A DNA stretch of 63,530 nucleotides, filler included, from Reticulomyxa filosa (Eukaryota > Protista > Foraminifera): the NCBI GenBank assembly GCA_000512085.1. It is 26 parts of 26 records of this genome, joined end to end, with 100 filler letters (N's around TTAATTAATTAA, not from the genome) between each part and the next. Parts side by side here need not be neighbours in the genome. Positions count along the whole stretch, not along the records: positions 35,521 to 39,581 come from ASPP01028069.1; positions 39,682 to 42,187 come from ASPP01023739.1; positions 42,288 to 45,754 come from ASPP01019527.1; positions 45,855 to 49,347 come from ASPP01025396.1; positions 49,448 to 52,664 come from ASPP01007443.1; 21 more parts are not named here. One strand, written 5' to 3'. Of the stretch, positions 37,020 to 49,553 are shown piece after piece (the stretch's first letter is position 1; each line of letters starts with the position of its first letter). Under the pieces are notes generated by a model. That model was not told the DNA's origin and ran no database searches. It saw only the letters and a program-made list of their open reading frames with translations. The position numbers and the translations under genes are program-made.

Positions 37020-39290
37020 ATTGCTTTGATGCTTCATAGCAGGAGAATGTTTTGAATGTTCGGCCAACCCAATATTGTCAATCAATAATACTGGCTTGAT
37101 TTCACTATCTTTGCTTTGACGCATTGCTTGATCCTCTATCTTTAATCCCTTGTGCTTTGGTAGAACGAGCGCATTGGAATGAAATTAAATGAATTGGTTT
37201 AACGGCAAAAGGTACGCCATTTTCATGTAATTTTTTTCAAACTCCGTTTTGTTGTGAGAGAGATGTCACGAATAATGTGAAAAGATAGAGTCTTGGAGGT
37301 GTCTAATTTACCTACTAAAACAATTGGAGTAGTAGTGATAATGAACATGAATAAAACGAACAAATTCTCTTTTAGTCCTTGATTCAATACAATACCCACA
37401 AGAATTAAAAAAGATTGCACAACTTGTCAAATGAAACATCCAATGGCAATGTTCAAACTTCGATTCATTCAAGGAATGTAACTGGAATCATCATCAACGT
37501 ATTGTTTCGTCAACCATTCAAATATTTTCAAACATCTTAATACATCTTGCAATGAAACAATAGCTCTATCTTTTGAGCAGTTGTTTCAATTTTTCAAAAT
37601 ATTTATGGAAACTTATCTTTTACTTGATTTACCATTTCCACAATATATTGTTGTTCATCCAAATCTGACAGACTTTCAAACGACCATACGTACTTCTTCA
37701 TGGTTTCGCACAATGGATACACTCAATATACGTATTTGCCCAATTCATCACTTCCAAACAGTTCTTCTTGTTCCTCATCACTTAATTTGCGTCGTCCATA
37801 TGTGACAATAATTTTAATGTCCTCTGGTATTTTCATACTGTCTAATGTATGATTACACACTAATTCATTCAACCAACCAATATCTGGAGAAGTGTTGATG
37901 TCATCCAACAATATCCATTGTTCTTGATCTTTCTTGATCTTTTTCCCATTTGTTCATACACAATGTAACAATATTTCGAAGATCTCCACTTCCAAATCCA
38001 TAATGTACATCAATGAAATGCAAGTGAACATTGGCTATTTTGGCCAAAAATTTGATCAGTAATGTCTTCCTACGACATGTTTCTCCCATTAAAATAATTG
38101 GAATATTGGATTGTATTCTCAAATATATTGCAATCATTTTCAACATATTATCGTAAGTTAACACATAATCTCGAAACTATCCAATCTTCATATTTTCGAT
38201 TATCGTTTGTCCCTTTGGCATGAATTCCATTCCACATAGCTCCACTTTGATCTTTGTCCATAACGTTTCGTTTGTGCCAACAATGCGTAGCAAGGACTCT
38301 ATTCTTTTATTTTTTTCTGCAATCTTCCATATGTTTTCCTTTCAATTTTTTTTTATACATATTTTGCAAAGTGTATATGTACATACACACATATTTTGTT
38401 TATTGCGAAAAAGACCTTTTATCTAATTGCATCATATTTAGCTTTTAGTTCTTCATTCCAGCTTAAGAGTGTAGCATCAATAGAATCACAAGCAGTACGC
38501 AAAAATAGAGGTACCAATTTTGCGTTGTTAGTCAGCATAGAAATTGTGCCTTTTTATAAAGAGATTGAGGCCATACATTCAAAAAATACTTTTTTTTTAA
38601 CTGGAAACAATTTCAACAAATTGAACAAACCTAAATCGTCCTAATTGACCAAATATAGATAACATCTTTGGATGCTTGCCATTTTTTGCACAGAAAAAAC
38701 TCATCCCGTACAATTGACTGGAAAGATTTATTTCCATTTCAATGATTTCATGTTTGAAACGAAGGGACCATGCCTGAATTTCTTCGTTTTCGTTTCGCAA
38801 AAAAACAGAGTCAGCTAAGTAAGCAAATCGATTAAACAGGTATTTGTAAAAAGCAATTTGTTGCAAGGGAGAGGCCTGACAATTTTTGGACAATTTGTTG
38901 TTATGATTTAATCATCTCTAAAGATTGCAAGTCATCATTTTTTGCATATTAGGGTCTTTGTCTATATTGTTTTATTTGTTTGTATTAATTATGTTCAAGA
39001 TAATAGTATAATCAAATTGCGTTTTGTTACAAAACTTTAAATATCCATCAAAGAAATTGTTTCATCCATTTGATAGCAAACTTTGCTTCTGGGCCAAATA
39101 TATATGGATTGGTTTCTTTGAACAAAGAGAATATCTTTTTGTAATCATTAACACTTCCATTCAAGTTGAAAGATATTTCAATTAAAAAGGCTATTTTTGC
39201 ATTGACATGAAAACATTGTGAAGTCATCATGTTTAATGTGATATTGATATATTGCAAATACAAAAAGTTCAAATAAAAATGTATTCATTT
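37020..39290 (-). pseudogene. RNF213 (mysterin)-like dynein-related AAA+ ATPase core, decayed
   Basis: YVLTYDNMLKMIAIYLRIQSNIPIILMGETCRRKT (Walker A), LLDDINT (Walker B), VY*VYPL, IVSLQDVLRCLKIFEW, LKENLFVLF..PIVLVGKLDTSKTLS (second Walker A), LISFQC and LLIDNIGLAEHSKHSP. The motif order is co-linear with animal RNF213. Confidence 0.88.
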
Positions 39291-40339
39291 CAGTCTGAAA
39301 ATGTAAACTCATTAATTTCATAAATTATTCTTGTTACATTTGTTTTGAATAATCTGAATTATTCTATTTCCACATGGTGATTTTTTTTTTTTATAACGAA
39401 ATAGTTTGAAAAAATTCTATTTTATCTTTTTATTTATCAAATTAAAAGAGATTGATTATACCAAATATAATAATCAAGTTAAAAAAACATAATGCAATTC
39501 ATAAGAAATATCTTTTCCTTTTTTCAAACTTGGCTGATAGTTCAAATGCTAATTTTTTGCTGCTCTCATAAAGACACCTGCNNNNNNNNNNNNNNNNNNN
39601 NNNNNNNNNNNNNNNNNNNNNNNNNTTAATTAATTAANNNNNNNNNNNNNNNNNNNNNNNNNNNNNNNNNNNNNNNNNNNNTTTTTGACAAAGTTGGACT
39701 GCAATCAGTGTTGTCCCAAACAGTTATGTGACTTATAACGAAGCCTTATGGAAAATTGAGTTCTCCTAAGTGACTCTTGAGAATCCCAAGGACCAACAAA
39801 TCATTTGGATAGCCTATCTATTGCTCTTTTCATTGCACATAAAAAAATTTTGGAACACATCTTTTGTTTTTTTACATGATACGATAATGCTTGTCATCTG
39901 TCAAAATATACCAAAAATGACCACTAATTTCAAAGATGAAAAATAACATAAAAAAAAAAATTGTCAAAACAAAGTCAGGACGTTAGAACAAATTATTTTA
40001 CATCGATTGGTGAAATTCTGGTGAAATAGTTTTGTTTTTTTGAGTAAATCAGGTTACGATTTCAATTGTTTTTATATTTGCACAACGCTGTATGGCAATT
40101 TTTTTTTTGATGAATTTGGAATTGGATATGCGTTGCTTGTAGCTGGAGGTTTTTTGATCATTTTTTTTTTTATGTTGCAATGATGCAATTGTAAATAAGT
40201 CTTTTTGTTGTTTTTTTTTATTGTTTTACTTTTTGCCTTTGAGTTTTAATGTGTTTGTACTGATATTTGAAATATTTAACTATTGAAATGATTACTCTTT
40301 TGTTATTTGAATATTATGATATGCATTTCATGTTGTTTT

Positions 40340-40425
40340 TTTATGTTGTATATTGTTTCTTCATGGAAAAAAAATTGATTTTTTAATGAAGTGCCATTTT
40401 AGTTAACTTTTTTTGCATTATACTG
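40340..40425 (-). mobile_element. Tc1/mariner-type element end, same family
   Basis: The reverse strand reads TA|CAGTATAATGCAAAAAAAGTTAACTAAAATGGCACTTCATT...CATGAAGAAACAA, co-linear with 25953. Confidence 0.68.
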
Positions 40426-42439
40426 TATAATATAACATTTGAATATGATTATACAAAATTTCAAATGTGCAAAATTTTATTATAAACTCTGCTTGAATCT
40501 ATTACAATTATATCACTTGTGGCCATAACAATTTGTATATTATATGCACTGGAAAAATAAAATTCAGGATTCAAGTATTTTATTATTTGTCGAATCCTTA
40601 AAATCAACGTTATATATAATTAAATTTTTCTATTATTCGCAGAAAACAAAATTGAACATTTAATATTATAATTTTTGAAATACTTAAATTCTAATTATCA
40701 TAATTAGAAAAAAGTGAAATTGATTATGGATAAAGTTTAAGCAAAAATGAAAAACTTGTATTATATTTAAATTTTTGTAAATCATATTAGTATTGCAATC
40801 ATTTAAATTTGTAAAATTGAATATGTAGTAGTATCACTATAAAAAGCATTTGCTATAATTAATACTTTGCATTTTCTTTAGGTAAATAATTAATATTTGT
40901 ATTGCTAGCTTGATATTAATACATTTTTCTTAAGTTTTATGAATCCTTAATTTCACTTTCGCATAGTCATATAAATTATGTAGAAAAATAATTTCAGTAT
41001 TTTACAATTATACACTAGCAATATAACTATTTTTCTAAATAGTATTAAAAGAAAACAATATGTGAATATATTATATGACTCCTGAGTTTTTCGACATAAA
41101 ATTATTTTCAAGGATATGTATACAAGCTCTTATGACAACTTATGATTTTTACAATTAAAATTATCAAATTATTTAGTGACAAATACTTATCAAACGATAT
41201 ACGTTTTAACATACAATAAACTAATATTGTGTATTAAATTAAATTGATTGAACAAATAAAAGATATACATAAATGAAATATAAATGTTAATTAAATAAAA
41301 AAAATCACAATTCTTTTTTAAAAAATTTAATTTAAATCTTTTTCAAGTATAAACATAATGACAATAATTTCAAAAAATTGTTTAAAAAATTAAATTATGA
41401 TATGTAGAATAATACTAAAGAAAATTAAATGATGAAAAAAACAGAAAAAAAGTAAAACTTTAAATCAGTAGGCAATTCGTGAATCCTAACATATAGTTTT
41501 TTTTCATTGTTTCATTTTTTAAAAATTTTTTGTTTTTAAGTTTATTTTGGTAATTTACATTTCAGTAATTAAATTACTTTCGTATTACACTTACTTTTTA
41601 TCACTTTTGCAAAATAACTAAAACTACAATATTAACTAACAATATACAAAAACATTGTGAAGACTATTTAATTGTTGAATAAATGACAAATTAAAAAACA
41701 AAAAAGAACATAAACAATAAGTTTGAAATGAAAAAAAGATCTTCAAAAAACATAAAATTGACTATTTGTTTTTTTAAATATTTTATTTGATAAAGACAAG
41801 ATTTGTTCATGTATTATAAAATCAATTTAATCGAGAATGATATTGTGTAAGTTCAACATATCATTGTTGATAACACCAGCTTTCAGCAAAGAAAATTAAG
41901 TAACTTATTCTAATGTTTTTATTAGAAGTTATTTTTCAAAGGCTTGAAATATTTAATTAATTACTTTGCTTTGTTGTAGTTACAAAAAACTTTTCTTATA
42001 TATGACTTTTCACGATAAACTGATTAAAAAGCAAAGACAAAGTGATATACACGAAAGTATATTTTTTATTTGTATTTGCTATTTGATAGAATTTTTTTCT
42101 TTAAATCTTTTATTTGTTGACTGATAACTTACTATTAATTATTTTTATATATATATATTTTATAAAAATAAAACATACATGTTGCTGNNNNNNNNNNNNN
42201 NNNNNNNNNNNNNNNNNNNNNNNNNNNNNNNTTAATTAATTAANNNNNNNNNNNNNNNNNNNNNNNNNNNNNNNNNNNNNNNNNNNNTTGTACGAAAGCG
42301 TCAGGTATAACAAAAAAACTAAACTTCTTTCGTGTCAAGGAACCTTACAGTTAAAAAAAAGTAAAATAGTGATCCTTTTGAATAAAAAGATGACCCAACT
42401 GTTATATTCGACTGCAGATTCATCCGAGAATCCTTCGTC

Positions 42440-42560
42440 ATGTCACTTTTCCTTGCGCGAATTAACCCATTTGAATTTGTCATTTGTTTCACTGGACGTG
42501 CTTCCGCAGTGCGCCCGTGTGTGTCAGCTATGGTATTACTTGGCCAAGTACTTGGTTCCA
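42440..42560 (+). pseudogene. F-box motif remnant
   Basis: SLRELTHLNLSFVSLDVLPQCARVCQLWYYLAK fits LP.E....I.S+L....L..C..VC+.W..LA. The frame is lost shortly after. Confidence 0.55.
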
Positions 42561-42859
42561 ATCCCTCTGGTTGACCTGAGGTAAGTTTTCCACCGTTGCA
42601 AAAGGAGTAAGGTTGTATGTGCAAGAGAGAGCGAGACTAGAAAGTAGTGTTCTGATTTGTTGCGTACAGACAATTGGCAGTAGGACAATTAGTGTATTAT
42701 CTTCCTTCAAACAAAGACGAGCCACCACGTGGTGTTATATTGCAAGTTTTGTTTTGTGTTAGTAATGTATCTCAAATTGTTTGTTATTTGATAGAAAACA
42801 AAACATATTTAGTAAGGTATACATACATATGTATGTGCTTCTTCTCCTTTTCAAAAAAA

Positions 42860-44340
42860 AAAGCTTGGAGAAACTATTGGCGGTTTGTTAAATGCAACTT
42901 CGGAAACGCTGTTGAAGTTTAATAAAAACAACACAATAACAAATTGGCATTATGGCATTGATCATAACAATCATATATATTTTTTAAATTTTTTTTTATA
43001 AAAAAAAAAAGAAACAACTTGTAAAAATAAAAAATAAAAAAAAAGATTGTGATAATGATATTGGCCCTGGTGAAAGCAAAGAATTTTCAAAATAATAACG
43101 AAACAGACAATCTTGACACGTTAATCCACATGGTTCAACTCTCGCTTATTGTCAGCAACTCGTTGCTAGTTTTGGGATGCGCATTTTTAGTAGCCAGATA
43201 CAAACAAGACGTCACGTTCAATATTGCTGCCACAAGTGCCAACGTCTCCTTGTTGCTATTGGCTTCGTTTGTTATGATAATGCATGCTCCTTATGATGGT
43301 CTGTTTCTCTTATGTAGCTCCAACACACAAACACTTTTTCTTTTTTTTTTTTTGCAAAGGGAAGGAAAGTAATGTATAATTTTGTTTTGTCCCTTTTTTT
43401 GTTCTTTGCTTGCATCTCTGTCCCTTGTTTTTTTTTTGAATGATGAAACTAGGAAACGCCGGATTGATTGTGTCGCGGACAGCTGCAATATTATTGTTGA
43501 TAATATATTTATGCTTGCTTGTATTTGTGCTGCGTACGCACAAGGACCTAATTAATGATGACACAACAAACAAAGACAAAGAACATCGCTCCGTTGGACT
43601 CTTTTTCTTGCATGAGCCGCACAAGTCACATGAGCAAAAAATCAATGGCACCGCCTCTGCTGAAGACAATGACACTCATCCAACCAGGCCGAAAAGGATG
43701 GAGAAAAGCAAGTTGAAAAGAAAAATGCAGACCCAAGAAATGAAAGAAAAAGAAAAAGAAAAGAAAGAATAAGATGATGAAGAATTGGAGATTTCATTAT
43801 TTGGTAGCATGACATTACTGTTATTCACTACGGTCCTTGTTGCGATTTTGTCAGAGTTCTTGGTCGGTGCTATTGAACTCATGTCTTCTAATGCTGTCAT
43901 TGGAGAAGGATTTGTTGGAATGATCTTACTTCTGATTATTGGTAATTTTTTATGATAGCACTAAAAAAAAATGATCAATACATGACACACTTGTTGTCCT
44001 TTTTTCAATATCAACCACAACGATAACAAAGTCTATGTATATGAATCATAATTAAGTAACGGCGTGGAACATATCACAGCAGTTCGTATGGCACGCAAAA
44101 GAAAAATGGATATTACATTGTCCATTGCCATTGGTAGTGCGGCACAAGTGGCCATGTTTGTTGTCGCTATGGCAGTGATTGTCGAATGGATTTTATGTGT
44201 TCTGATGACCCTAGATTTCGAAGAGTTTGAAGTAAAAGTGCTTACTTACACTTCCATTATCTTATTCATTTTGATCATTGTCTAATTTGTTGGAAGGCGT
44301 CATGTTATTGTGCTTATATACTTCAATTGGGTCGCCGTCT
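42860..44340 (+). pseudogene. Ca2+/H+ antiporter (CAX/VCX1 family), intron-containing, disrupted
   Basis: LGETIGGLLNAT, frameshift, GNAVE. Also SNSLLVLGCAF, SRTAAILLLIIYLCLLVFVLRTH, an in-frame TAA at about 43770, SEFLVGAIE, NGVEHITAV..A.K.KMD....IAIGSAAQVAMF and SNLLEGVMLL. Confidence 0.9.
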
Positions 44341-44480
44341 GGCATCAAGAAATTTGAACTATTCTCTTCTTTCGTTCATATTTTCTTTTTTTTTTACACA
44401 ACACCATTAACATTTCGTTTTTTATTTTTTCAGCATTTTTGGTGTATTTTTGCTTTTATAGTCAACGCTGTGCGTTTTTT

Positions 44481-44760
44481 CTATTGAATGCCATATCGTT
44501 TCACTGCTGGAGAACACATTGACAGAATATCACGTCGACTACTAGGTATCCTTGCTTTTTTGATGAATCTGCCGGTGTCTCCACTTATAATGTTATCCCA
44601 CACATCACTAGTGTGTTGCCAATACTCACCAGACATGAACCCTCTTTGTTGGCACGGGACAATACTGAATGTCTGAGTTTTTTTTAGTCTTCCATAAAAA
44701 AATGAAGAAGTATTCCACTCCAATTTGCACCAAGTTTTTTTGGAGTAATTTTTTGATGAT
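44481..44760 (-). pseudogene. Exosome RNase PH-like subunit (RRP43/EXOSC8-like) N-terminal remnant
   Basis: A frame not in the ORF track reads SVLSRANKEGSCLVSIGNTLVMCGITL*VETPADSSKKQGYLVVDV, then a frameshift, then LSMCSP. This matches GSALVKLGNTTVICG....P....GY.V.NV.L...CS. Confidence 0.75.
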
Positions 44761-45854
44761 AAAATTTTTTTTATTTTTGGATAGAGGTAGATTTACATTT
44801 ACTTTTTTCTCTATTCCATTTTGATTCCTTTGCCCCAAAAAAAACTGAAATAAGAAATTTTGCTTGCAATATCAGTTTTGAGATCGTTTGAATTCATTTC
44901 AATTGCATTACATTTATATAATACAGTCTTAAAAGACAAAGTTTTTGCTTTCAAAAAAATCTATTATCTTAAGTAATTTTTATTGGCACATCAAGTAGTT
45001 GACATTCTCCCAAATTAACATTTAATTAACAAACTCCAAAAAAATTGAGTATTTTTAAAATTTATAGCAAAGTTATTTATAATGAAGATGAAGATTAGTA
45101 CTTGTTCATACGATGCATTGTCAATGAACAACTCTGCTTATCCATTCTTTTCTTTGGACAATTTTGCTTATTCTAAATGTTTTTACATATTCCTCCACAG
45201 GATATGAATATGCAGTGTTTATTGAATGTTGGAATGCAGAAATCCGATTTTATTTCTTTCATAAAAAAACTATCTTTTTTGGAGTCACTCCAATTAATTA
45301 TATACGTGATCATTCATTTTTTCTTTTTGTTAAAGAAATACACTTAGATTGTATATCTTACATATAGTTATTTTGGTTTTTATTTCACAGTTGAAACATA
45401 TTGCATTATTACTATCTTTTTTAAAAAGCTATTGCTCCAAGACTATTCCAATCATAGTATTATCTCACTCTTTTTGAAAATAAAAATTACTTTGTTAAAA
45501 CGTCTGTAATTTATTTTAATTTGATCAATGATTTTTTATTTTTCTTTTGCAATTGCAAACTTAATATTGTTCCAATGTTAAAAATGAAATGGAAGGCAAA
45601 ACAAATAAACATTCTCCTTTTTTGTTTTCAATCATTGCATGTGCACTTCAAAGGAGAGAAAAAAAAACTTAAATGAACAAAAAAAAATTGACTCATACTT
45701 AGAAATGTTGATACCTAATTATCAAATATGTTTCAAATGCAAATCCAATTTAATNNNNNNNNNNNNNNNNNNNNNNNNNNNNNNNNNNNNNNNNNNNNTT
45801 AATTAATTAANNNNNNNNNNNNNNNNNNNNNNNNNNNNNNNNNNNNNNNNNNNN

Positions 45855-46450
45855 GAAAGTCTCAAACATTATCTGTGTCGTCTTTTCTCGATTCGCATCG
45901 GGGTTAAACGCTACTTCCGTCATTAGAAAAGGGTGTTCTTCGGGGAGTATACGTAGTTCACTTTTTTTTCATTCCCCCCCCAAAAAAAGTTCCAAATTTT
46001 TTTTTTGTATACTATATGTATGTAAATATATGTATGGATATGTTAAACACATACAAACTTATAAAAAGTATGCTGCCAGATCTTCTCCGTATCGTCCCAG
46101 TTGGTAACGATTCCATGTCCAACTGGATATTTAAGTGACAATAATCCTTTCTTTGAAAACGCATCGTCCCCGACGAGTGCGTCTCTATTTGCCAAAGGAC
46201 AACATGTACAAACAGAGAAAGAGATACGTACAAAAAAACAACTTGTCAGAGTATTCAGCTTTGGCATTGTTTTTTTCTCTTCCTCGTTGCTCACCTTTTT
46301 CTACCTGACTGCCGCGTTTATCCAAAGCCCTCGGTATCTAGGTCGTCCAACGACTGTAGGAAATAATGAGCGCGGAGAGAGATCCTCAGCAAATCCTGCT
46401 TTGACGTTTAAACTTCCAGTGTCAATAACGCAAATTTGTGCAACTTCCAT
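45855..46450 (-). CDS. Divergent actin or actin-related protein, first 3 exons
   Basis: [38 protein letters not shown]. An intron (46185-46304) restores [39 protein letters not shown]. The next exon reads [30 protein letters not shown]. Confidence 0.95.
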
Positions 46451-47700
46451 ATTATATGTACAAAAAAAAAGGGAAAATTTAGAAACTACGAACAACACGA
46501 GTAACGTTTAAATAAAAAATCAACCAATAACATCTAAAACTGGAAGCAGTGTTAAATAATTTAGGAGAGTAACCACTTCAATGTAATACAAAAGAATTAT
46601 TACTGGAATGAGTCTTCAATAAACCAAAAGTAAATTAAATAAAAAGATAAATCACGAGACACAAGACAAAAATGAAAATAAAGAGACAAGAAAAAGACTA
46701 TTGATGAAAGTGAAAAGGAAAACTTTTTGTAACAAAAAGGTTCAAGTACATTCACGCTTTGGTAATAGTTAGACGATTGCAGTTAGTTTCATTAATTTCA
46801 ATGTATGTACTGTTTTTTGAAAACTACATTTAGATTACACGTGCGCTTAACAATAACATATGGACAGAAGTTTTATTTATTACATACGAGTTAGTATTTG
46901 ACAAAAATCGAATAAGTTCGTATACTTTAAAGTGTCATTTTATTGTGTTTATTCAAATTTGTTTGAGTTTATTATTTGATATAGTTGCTTTATTTGCTGA
47001 TTCTTGCAATATTTTCCATTGAATTTCAAATGTTATTTTGTAATCATTAAATGACGTTTATTGTATTTAGTATTATAGTGTGATAGCTATCTTAATTTGT
47101 TTCAGGTATTACATTAATTTACTCAATAAATTTGCTAGTATGTGCTAATTTTGTTCATCTTGCTTGTGTAATATTATATGAAACAAAAATAGATTGTAGA
47201 AATATGTCACAAAAATCTCTATATGTAAAATCAGTTTCAAGTATCTTTCACAATGATGTAATCTTTTGGGCATGCTATTTAATATTTGTGATTTCGTTTT
47301 AATAATTTCACTAGTAAGTTGTGTTCTAAATATGATTATATAGACTATTATAAGTGACTGAAAATCAGTTCGCATAAAAGTTATTTGATGTTTGAATTTA
47401 CAACAGGTGTTGTTGATATATATCGAGTAATATCATTTTTTTTAGATACGTTGCAATGCGATGCGTGTCAAGTGTTGGACTAATCTATTGCTTCATCATT
47501 GACATATATACATGCTTAAACTCAGGTATTTCTAGTTAAAAGAGCATTTCGTTTTAAAAAATAGAACACAATACTCAAAAAAAGAAACACAAAACAGGAA
47601 AGGCAACGACTAAAAGATATATGCAAAAATAATCAAAAGAAAAACAATAAAGTTATTTCAATTTAAATTTAGATTTGTATTGAAGAAATTTGACAATTGT

Positions 47701-49347
47701 TCAAATCTTTCTCTTGGTATTAATCACGAATGTTGTTGCTGCCTTCAAAGCTTTGATTCTGATATGATCACAAATGATGAACTGTTTTATCGACAGTAAC
47801 AATACATTATTGTCGAGAAGCAATTCTTGGATATTTGTCCAAAAATCGCGACGTAATTCTTGACACAGTAAAGATTCTATCAGGAAATAATGCAAAGTAT
47901 GATCTTTGGATATTATACAAATAATAAATACTTCAATCCAACTTTGCAAGTAATAAATCAATGGTCTTGCTTTCACTAAATGTCAATGAATACAAAACAA
48001 TATTGTCAATATCAAATTGGACAGGAAATATCGTGGTACATGCTTGTTCAATTGCTATGTGAAAAAGGGATTCAATTTATGATTATTCAGGACGCAACTG
48101 ATATATGTTTTTGAATCAAATCCATTGATAGGATACTAGAATGACCTTTAATACAATAAATATTTGGAACATTATACTCATTAAATGATATCAATACCTT
48201 ATGACAATCTAATTGGCAATTTATAGATTTTAGAATTCCATTTGTTGAATATCATTAATCACAAACTTGCAATAATTAAGAATTATCAATATTCCATAAT
48301 GTGATCTGTAATGACTACTAACATATTATAATGTGAGTTTCATTGCTTCAATATATGGTCCAATGTTTGTAATCATTGATTGGATATTCCAACTGGCAAT
48401 ATGGATCTTGAATGACAAGTCATGTACTTTAAATTCCAGGATTTGGGAATGTGCATCAATCACAAAATATCACAATGCAATCAAAATCCAATGATAACAA
48501 AATTTCATATAATGTTGGCTAGTTGAAGATCGCAAATGGTGATTTATTGGATTATGGCATAAGTGCAATTTACACGGGTGGAATATTTGGGATTGGATCT
48601 GGTTCAATTGCTAGCATTTCAGTATCAGCTTCATGGATACAATACGAGATAATGTCGACAATTTACCAATACATGAGATATTATTAAGTGAGTCTTTGGT
48701 CTTGAATCATTTTAAATCTTTTATGCTACAATTGAATCGACTTGATAAACTGGTGATACGATTTTACTTCTTATTGTCTAAGCCTTAGTTCAAGAGGTGG
48801 AAGTAGGGAAATAGCATTGACTGTGTCATAAGTAGCTGGTTCATTACACCAAGAATTCATCTTTGTATCATTTCCAATTATCTATTATGGATGTCCTCTG
48901 TATCATTTCAAAATGCGGATGCTATTCAAGACTAGGACGAATGATGGTCTTGATTTATGATTGGTTAGGTCGCAATGTTTATAAAAATTGCGTTTCTTTG
49001 GACATTCGTCAGCAATGAACTTAATTACCGAATTAAGTTCTTTTGATTGGAAGAATTGACTACCCGCTTTCTTGTTTGTCTTTCATACATTCTCGAATGT
49101 GATCTCTTCCTTTTCCTCTTGTTGACGGTTCATATTCAACAGTGCAGCTTGTGCATTGATTGCATTGTTATAGATTGCGTTTACTACTTTTTCATCAACA
49201 TCCATTCCATTCAAATTTATCAGGCCTTGATAGAGTAATTTCGGCTTCGGGCAAAACAGAAACTCACTAGATAATAACAAGGCTTGTGAAGGTGATCCGG
49301 ACGGCCGAGGCAAGGTGTCTTTACCATAATCGGCTCTACTGCAAGCC
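47701..49347 (-). mobile_element. Degenerate RNase H-bearing non-LTR retrotransposon, internally deleted
   Basis: Thumb motif KTIIRPSLE*, then LEMIQR, tether NAISLLPPLELRLRQ, RNase H IKGHSSI and terminal HTLHYFLIES...FVINTKR. Upstream there is a gag-like knuckle, ADECPKKRNFYKHCDLTNH. Confidence 0.7.
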
Positions 49348-49447
49348 NNNNNNNNNNNNNNNNNNNNNNNNNNNNNNNNNNNNNNNNNNNNTTAATTAAT
49401 TAANNNNNNNNNNNNNNNNNNNNNNNNNNNNNNNNNNNNNNNNNNNN

Positions 49448-49479
<32 letters not shown>

Positions 49480-49553
49480 ACGTATACATATGTATGTAAG
49501 TAGCCGTCCATACATGCAAATATATATACATATATATGTATATGTACGAACAG

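Noticed and set aside
40430-42187. Very AT-rich ORF-free stretch as a centromere, origin or organellar DNA
   Set aside because: No tandem periodicity, tRNA, rRNA or organellar gene is recognisable. It is treated as decayed intergenic DNA.
18734-44760. Stop-codon reassignment or readthrough explaining in-frame stops
   Set aside because: All three stop codons occur internally together with frameshifts and damaged catalytic motifs, while intact genes end normally in TGA, TAG or TAA. Pseudogenisation is the simpler explanation.
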